Assembly: GCA_030754475.1 (NCBI GenBank)
Contig: JASMAE010000047.1
Location: 1 to 31,007 of the forward strand
Reading direction: 5' to 3'
DNA from: Rhodospirillales bacterium
Lineage (GTDB): Bacteria > Pseudomonadota > Alphaproteobacteria > Rhodospirillales > JASLLV01
DNA: 31,007 nt
Part shown: piece after piece, positions 27,628 to 31,007 of the stretch
Layout of the letters: each line of letters begins with the position of its first letter
How positions within the stretch are numbered: the stretch's first letter is position 1
Made by a program: the position numbers and the translations under genes
The notes under the pieces: model-generated
Database searches by the model: none
The model's input: only the letters and a program-made list of their open reading frames with translations
What the model was told of the DNA's origin: nothing

Positions 27628-27698
27628 ATTGTCCACTTCTGTGGAATCGCACCGGCCCGCACCCCGGGCCGGTTCCGCATATGCGGATAATGCGCTAG
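27621..27698 (+). repeat. CTAG-ended intergenic repeat, copy B (78 bp, shorter centre than A)
   Basis: Both arms align to copy A (24 nt identical in one; 26/34 in the other). GAATC at 27644-27648. The terminal CTAG supplies the ampG stop codon. Confidence 0.85.
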
Positions 27699-29146
27699 CC
27701 GCTGTCGCCGGCGGTCGAGTCAACCTCTTTGCTGAAGAGCCTGACCTGCAACCCGGAAATCATGTCCGCCAGCTTGTGGCGAATCAGCCACAGACAGACC
27801 AGCGACGGAATCACCATCAACGCGGTGATCACGAAAAAGGTTCCCCAGTCGCCCTCCAACCAGTCGACCAGCGCGCCGGACGAAGCCGCGAACAAAGTCC
27901 TGCCTGCGGTGCCGATCGAGGCGAGCAGCGCGTATTGCGTGGCGGTGTAAGTGCGATCCACCAGCATGGAGATGAACGCGACGAAGGTCACGGTCGCGAA
28001 CGCTCCGGTCAGATCGTCGAGCAGCACGGCGGACGCGAACAGAAGCTCCGACTTTCCGAACCACGCGAGCGCCGAGAACATGAGATTGGTCAGCGCCATA
28101 AAGATCCCGGCAAGAAACATCGCCCTGACGAGTCCGACGCGGATCGCGATCAACCCCCCCAGAAGCGTGAATATGACGGTGGTGAACCAGCCGACACCCT
28201 TGGAGTAAAGCGCGATGTCGGACTTGGAAAAGCCGAGCTCCTTGTAAAAAATAATGGACATCCGGCCCAGGAACGCCTCGCCGATCTTGAACAGAAAGAT
28301 GAACCCGAGAACGGCAAGGGCGATGGCGAATCCATTGCGTCTGAAGAAGCTCATCAGTGGCCCGACGACGGTGCCGGTGATCCAGGCAATCGTTCGCGTC
28401 GCCAGGCCGGGTGATCCCAGCCGGGCGGCGATTATTTGGTCGGCTTCGGCTTGCGCAGCCGCGCGGGCGGCGGGCTGCGGTTCGGGAACGAACATCAAGG
28501 CGACGTTGCAAAGGACAATGATCGATCCCAGAATCAGGAACGTGGCCTGCCAGTAATCTTGAACGCCGGCCTGTTGAAGCGATTCCGCCGTACGCAGCGC
28601 GACCACGCCCCCGAGTTTGAAGCCGGTCCACCAACCGACCACGGCTATCGCCGCGCCGGCGGCCATGGAATGTCCCTCGCTCTCGCCAATCTGCTCGATT
28701 CTCAGCGCATCGATGGTGATGTCCTGGGTCGCCGATGCGATGGCGATGACCAGACCGATCGCAATGACCCCGAAAAGATTGGCCTTCGGGTCGACCATGC
28801 TCCAGCCGACCAGGCAGATCAGTATCAAGAACTGCAAGGTGACGATCCAGGCACGGCGGTGACCGAGCTTTCCGGTCAGCCAAGGGACCCGAAGCCGATC
28901 GATCAACGGGGCCCATAGAAAATTGATCGCGTACACACCGTAGATCAGCCCCGCCCAGCCGATGGTGCTGCGGCTGAGGCCGTCTTCCTTGAGCCAGAGG
29001 CTAAGGCTGCTTCCGATGAGAACCCACGGGAATCCGCTGATGATTCCCAACAGAAGGATGCGAGCGATGCGCCGGTCGAAATAGACCTTTGAGGCCCCGA
29101 GCCAAACGGCCACCACGCCTTTTGATGTTTCGCCCGTGCCGTCCAT
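27695..29146 (-). CDS. ampG: AmpG-family muropeptide MFS permease
   Basis: LLGIISGFP, LSLWLKEDG, FLWAPLIDR, GHRRAWI, SATQDITIDALRIE, YTATQYALLAS. Confidence 0.92.
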   Translation of the reverse strand: MDGTGETSKGVVAVWLGASKVYFDRRIARILLLGIISGFPWVLIGSSLSLWLKEDGLSRSTIGWAGLIYGVYAINFLWAPLIDRLRVPWLTGKLGHRRAWIVTLQFLILICLVGWSMVDPKANLFGVIAIGLVIAIASATQDITIDALRIEQIGESEGHSMAAGAAIAVVGWWTGFKLGGVVALRTAESLQQAGVQDYWQATFLILGSIIVLCNVALMFVPEPQPAARAAAQAEADQIIAARLGSPGLATRTIAWITGTVVGPLMSFFRRNGFAIALAVLGFIFLFKIGEAFLGRMSIIFYKELGFSKSDIALYSKGVGWFTTVIFTLLGGLIAIRVGLVRAMFLAGIFMALTNLMFSALAWFGKSELLFASAVLLDDLTGAFATVTFVAFISMLVDRTYTATQYALLASIGTAGRTLFAASSGALVDWLEGDWGTFFVITALMVIPSLVCLWLIRHKLADMISGLQVRLFSKEVDSTAGDSG

Positions 29147-29216
29147 GTCGTTCCTCTCTCTAGAGCGCCGCGCCTGCGATGATTAGTCGCCGGCGGCGCC
29201 GGACGCAAGCAGGCGC

Positions 29217-30347
29217 TCAGACGTGCGCGGTGCGCGCGACCATGTCGGCGAGTGCGTCCATCACGACTTTCGCATCAAGCCGCGCAACGCAAGGATACAT
29301 GCCGTCCTCGTACGGGTGGATGCACGATCCGAGGCAGCCGCGACACGCCATGTCGTGATAGAGGAACCGCACGCTGTCCGGTGTGATCCGCGAATCGTAC
29401 GGGACGCTGTCGACAACGTGGGCGGCGCTCGCCAGACAAAGCGTCGGAACCCCGGTTCCGACGGCCAGGTGCATCACCGAGGTGTCCACCGTGACCACGA
29501 AACGCGCACCGCGCAGCGCCGCCGCCTTGGCCTCGAGCGAACCCTCGTCGAGGCGGACGCGCGGCTGTGCGCTGAGCACCCGATATTCCGGGTTGCGATC
29601 GAGATCGCCGGGGCCCGCGGAAAGCACCACGTGGTGGTCGGACTGAAGCGCGGCCACGATCTTGGTGAACAGCGCGAACGAATGCTGGCGCTCGCGAATC
29701 GCGGAAAAGGGATGTACGACCACGGTTGGCGATTTGAAGCGGGTCGGCGCCGGCAAGCGGTCGGGATCGAAGCGGACCACCGGCATCGGATCGCTCCGCT
29801 TCATCACCCAGTTGGCGAAGTCGGTCCAGCGCACCATCCGGTGCGCCATGCCTTCGGGCACCGCGAACCAGTCCGAATAGTGCTGGCGGTTGCGGGCCAG
29901 CTTGGCGTCGTGCTTGGGCCAGCTTCGGGGCGTCATCGCGTAGCGCTCGTCCGCGCCCGAGGCCGCGACGAGGGCGTCGTCCACGCCGGGCAGGCGCAAA
30001 TGGTCGGTCGAAAGCGCCACGCGGTAGGCGGCCGCGGACACGTCGAGCGAGGTGCGAAGACGGTAGAGGGGATTGCGCAAAAACCGTCGGTAGTCCACGG
30101 CGCGGACCCGCATCCGCGGCGGATACAGGAAGCCCGCGGCGGCGGTATCGGATCGCACGATCAAATCGACCGGCTCGTCGGCCTCGGCCAGATTCAAGAA
30201 TCGGGGCGCGATCAAGGAAAAAAGGATGGTGTCGCCGAGCCCGCCGCTCGAGACCAGAAGCACGCCGCGCCGCCGCGATCGGGGCCGCGGCGAACGACCC
30301 CGCGCCCGGACGATGGCGTCGATCGCGTCCGCGAACTTACGGTGCAT
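29217..30347 (-). CDS. Glycosyltransferase family 9 protein
   Basis: VLLVSSGGLGDTIL, VVVHPFSA, VVTVDTSVMHLAVGTGVPTL, C-terminal CRGCLGSC...C. ATG 30347 overlaps the upstream GT9 stop region. Confidence 0.85.
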   Translation of the reverse strand: MHRKFADAIDAIVRARGRSPRPRSRRRGVLLVSSGGLGDTILFSLIAPRFLNLAEADEPVDLIVRSDTAAAGFLYPPRMRVRAVDYRRFLRNPLYRLRTSLDVSAAAYRVALSTDHLRLPGVDDALVAASGADERYAMTPRSWPKHDAKLARNRQHYSDWFAVPEGMAHRMVRWTDFANWVMKRSDPMPVVRFDPDRLPAPTRFKSPTVVVHPFSAIRERQHSFALFTKIVAALQSDHHVVLSAGPGDLDRNPEYRVLSAQPRVRLDEGSLEAKAAALRGARFVVTVDTSVMHLAVGTGVPTLCLASAAHVVDSVPYDSRITPDSVRFLYHDMACRGCLGSCIHPYEDGMYPCVARLDAKVVMDALADMVARTAHV

Positions 30348-31007
30348 CGCGGGCCGCCGCCCGGACCCCGGATGCGCGGCCATCGGCTTCCGGCGCAAGC
30401 ACGTCGGCGAGCGCGTCCCACACCCGCTCGACGCCAACCGCGCTGATGCACGGGAAAACCTCAAGCTTCGACGTCCGCTTATGGCAGCGCCAGAAGCAGT
30501 GGTAGCACTCCATCTTGTGGTAGACGAACCGGGCGTTCGCCGGAGCCACTTCGTCGGGGTAGGGAACGAAGCTTCCGAAATGCCCGCCGCCGACGACGAC
30601 CACGGTCGGGGTTCCCAGCGCGATGCTCAGGTGCGCCGGCCCGCTGTCGTTGCTGAGGACCGCCGACGCCGAACCCATGACGTCCATGAGCGCCGCGAGA
30701 GAGGTGCGCCCGATCAAGTCGACGACCGTGGGCCGAGCCGTCAAGGCCGCCAGTTCCGGGCTCGCGGGCCGCTCGTCCGCGCCGCCGACGAAGACGACGC
30801 GAAGGCCCCGATCGAGAAGGCGCTCGGCGACGCTCAGGTAGGACTCCAACGGCCAGCGGCGCCCCGGCTCGTTGCTGCCCGGGTTCAGGACCACGTAGGG
30901 CGCACCGGCCTCCAGCGGCGGCGCGCGGTCGCGCCAGGCGATACGCGGCGGCTCAGGCGGAACGACGCGCCCCGAGAGCGCCGAGACGAACCGGTAGTGG
31001 CGAACGA
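30337..31007 (-). CDS. Glycosyltransferase family 9 protein (5' part off the right edge)
   Basis: Frame open to the edge (VRHYRFVSAL...PYVVLNPGSNEPGRRWPLESY), DLIGRTSL, SNDSGPAHLSIALGTPTVVV, CYHCFWRC...C. Confidence 0.88.
   Translation of the reverse strand, partial: VRHYRFVSALSGRVVPPEPPRIAWRDRAPPLEAGAPYVVLNPGSNEPGRRWPLESYLSVAERLLDRGLRVVFVGGADERPASPELAALTARPTVVDLIGRTSLAALMDVMGSASAVLSNDSGPAHLSIALGTPTVVVVGGGHFGSFVPYPDEVAPANARFVYHKMECYHCFWRCHKRTSKLEVFPCISAVGVERVWDALADVLAPEADGRASGVRAAARDAP

Noticed and set aside
29160-29220. CTAGAGC start plus GCGCCTGC/GCAGGCGC inverted repeat between GT9 and ampG as another repeat copy
   Set aside because: Only the first 7 nt match; there is no TCC-N8-GGA hairpin and no GANTC at offset 24.
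55-30446. Many long ORFs antisense to or overlapping real genes (e.g. 55-1266 +, 3011-4336 +, 5716-7278 +, 16398-18089 +, 19391-21229 +, 29223-30446 +)
   Set aside because: Shadow ORFs typical of high-GC codon bias; they mirror well-supported genes on the other strand and show no family motifs.
1-31007. CRISPR array, IS transposase, integrase, prophage, rRNA or a foreign island
   Set aside because: No regularly spaced repeat-spacer pattern, no DDE/tyrosine/serine recombinase motifs, no rRNA-like stretch, and composition looks uniformly GC-rich apart from short promoter patches.

Overview
GC-rich alphaproteobacterial (Rhodospirillales-like) core-chromosome segment, read almost entirely on the minus strand. 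In transcription order from the right edge: two GT9 glycosyltransferases, ampG, (a third GT9 on +), macrodomain protein, secreted hypothetical protein, mutS-glnD-murJ-trpS, Bax-like glucosaminidase, (CE4 deacetylase on +), MipA/OmpV, tsaB, a decayed rimI relic, (TusA-family protein on +), mucR, fur-miaB-phoH-ybeY-corC, lnt, a PhrR/PraR-like XRE regulator, metK-trmB and rimP-nusA (nusA runs off the left edge). I saw no rRNA, tRNA, CRISPR array, transposase or phage gene. The signals the ORF track does not explain are: (1) an intergenic CTAG-ended repeat family (three clear copies plus one remnant) with a GANTC site or near-site 24 nt in from each end and, in most arms, a co-varying 14-bp hairpin; (2) an unannotated, frameshifted and internally deleted rimI pseudogene behind tsaB; (3) a macrodomain with three single-base changes at usually conserved residues; (4) several candidate cis-regulatory structures. 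I found no clearly new multi-gene system. Several start codons were moved from the ORF track using RBS and stop/start overlap evidence, and family assignments come from motif recognition, not database searches.
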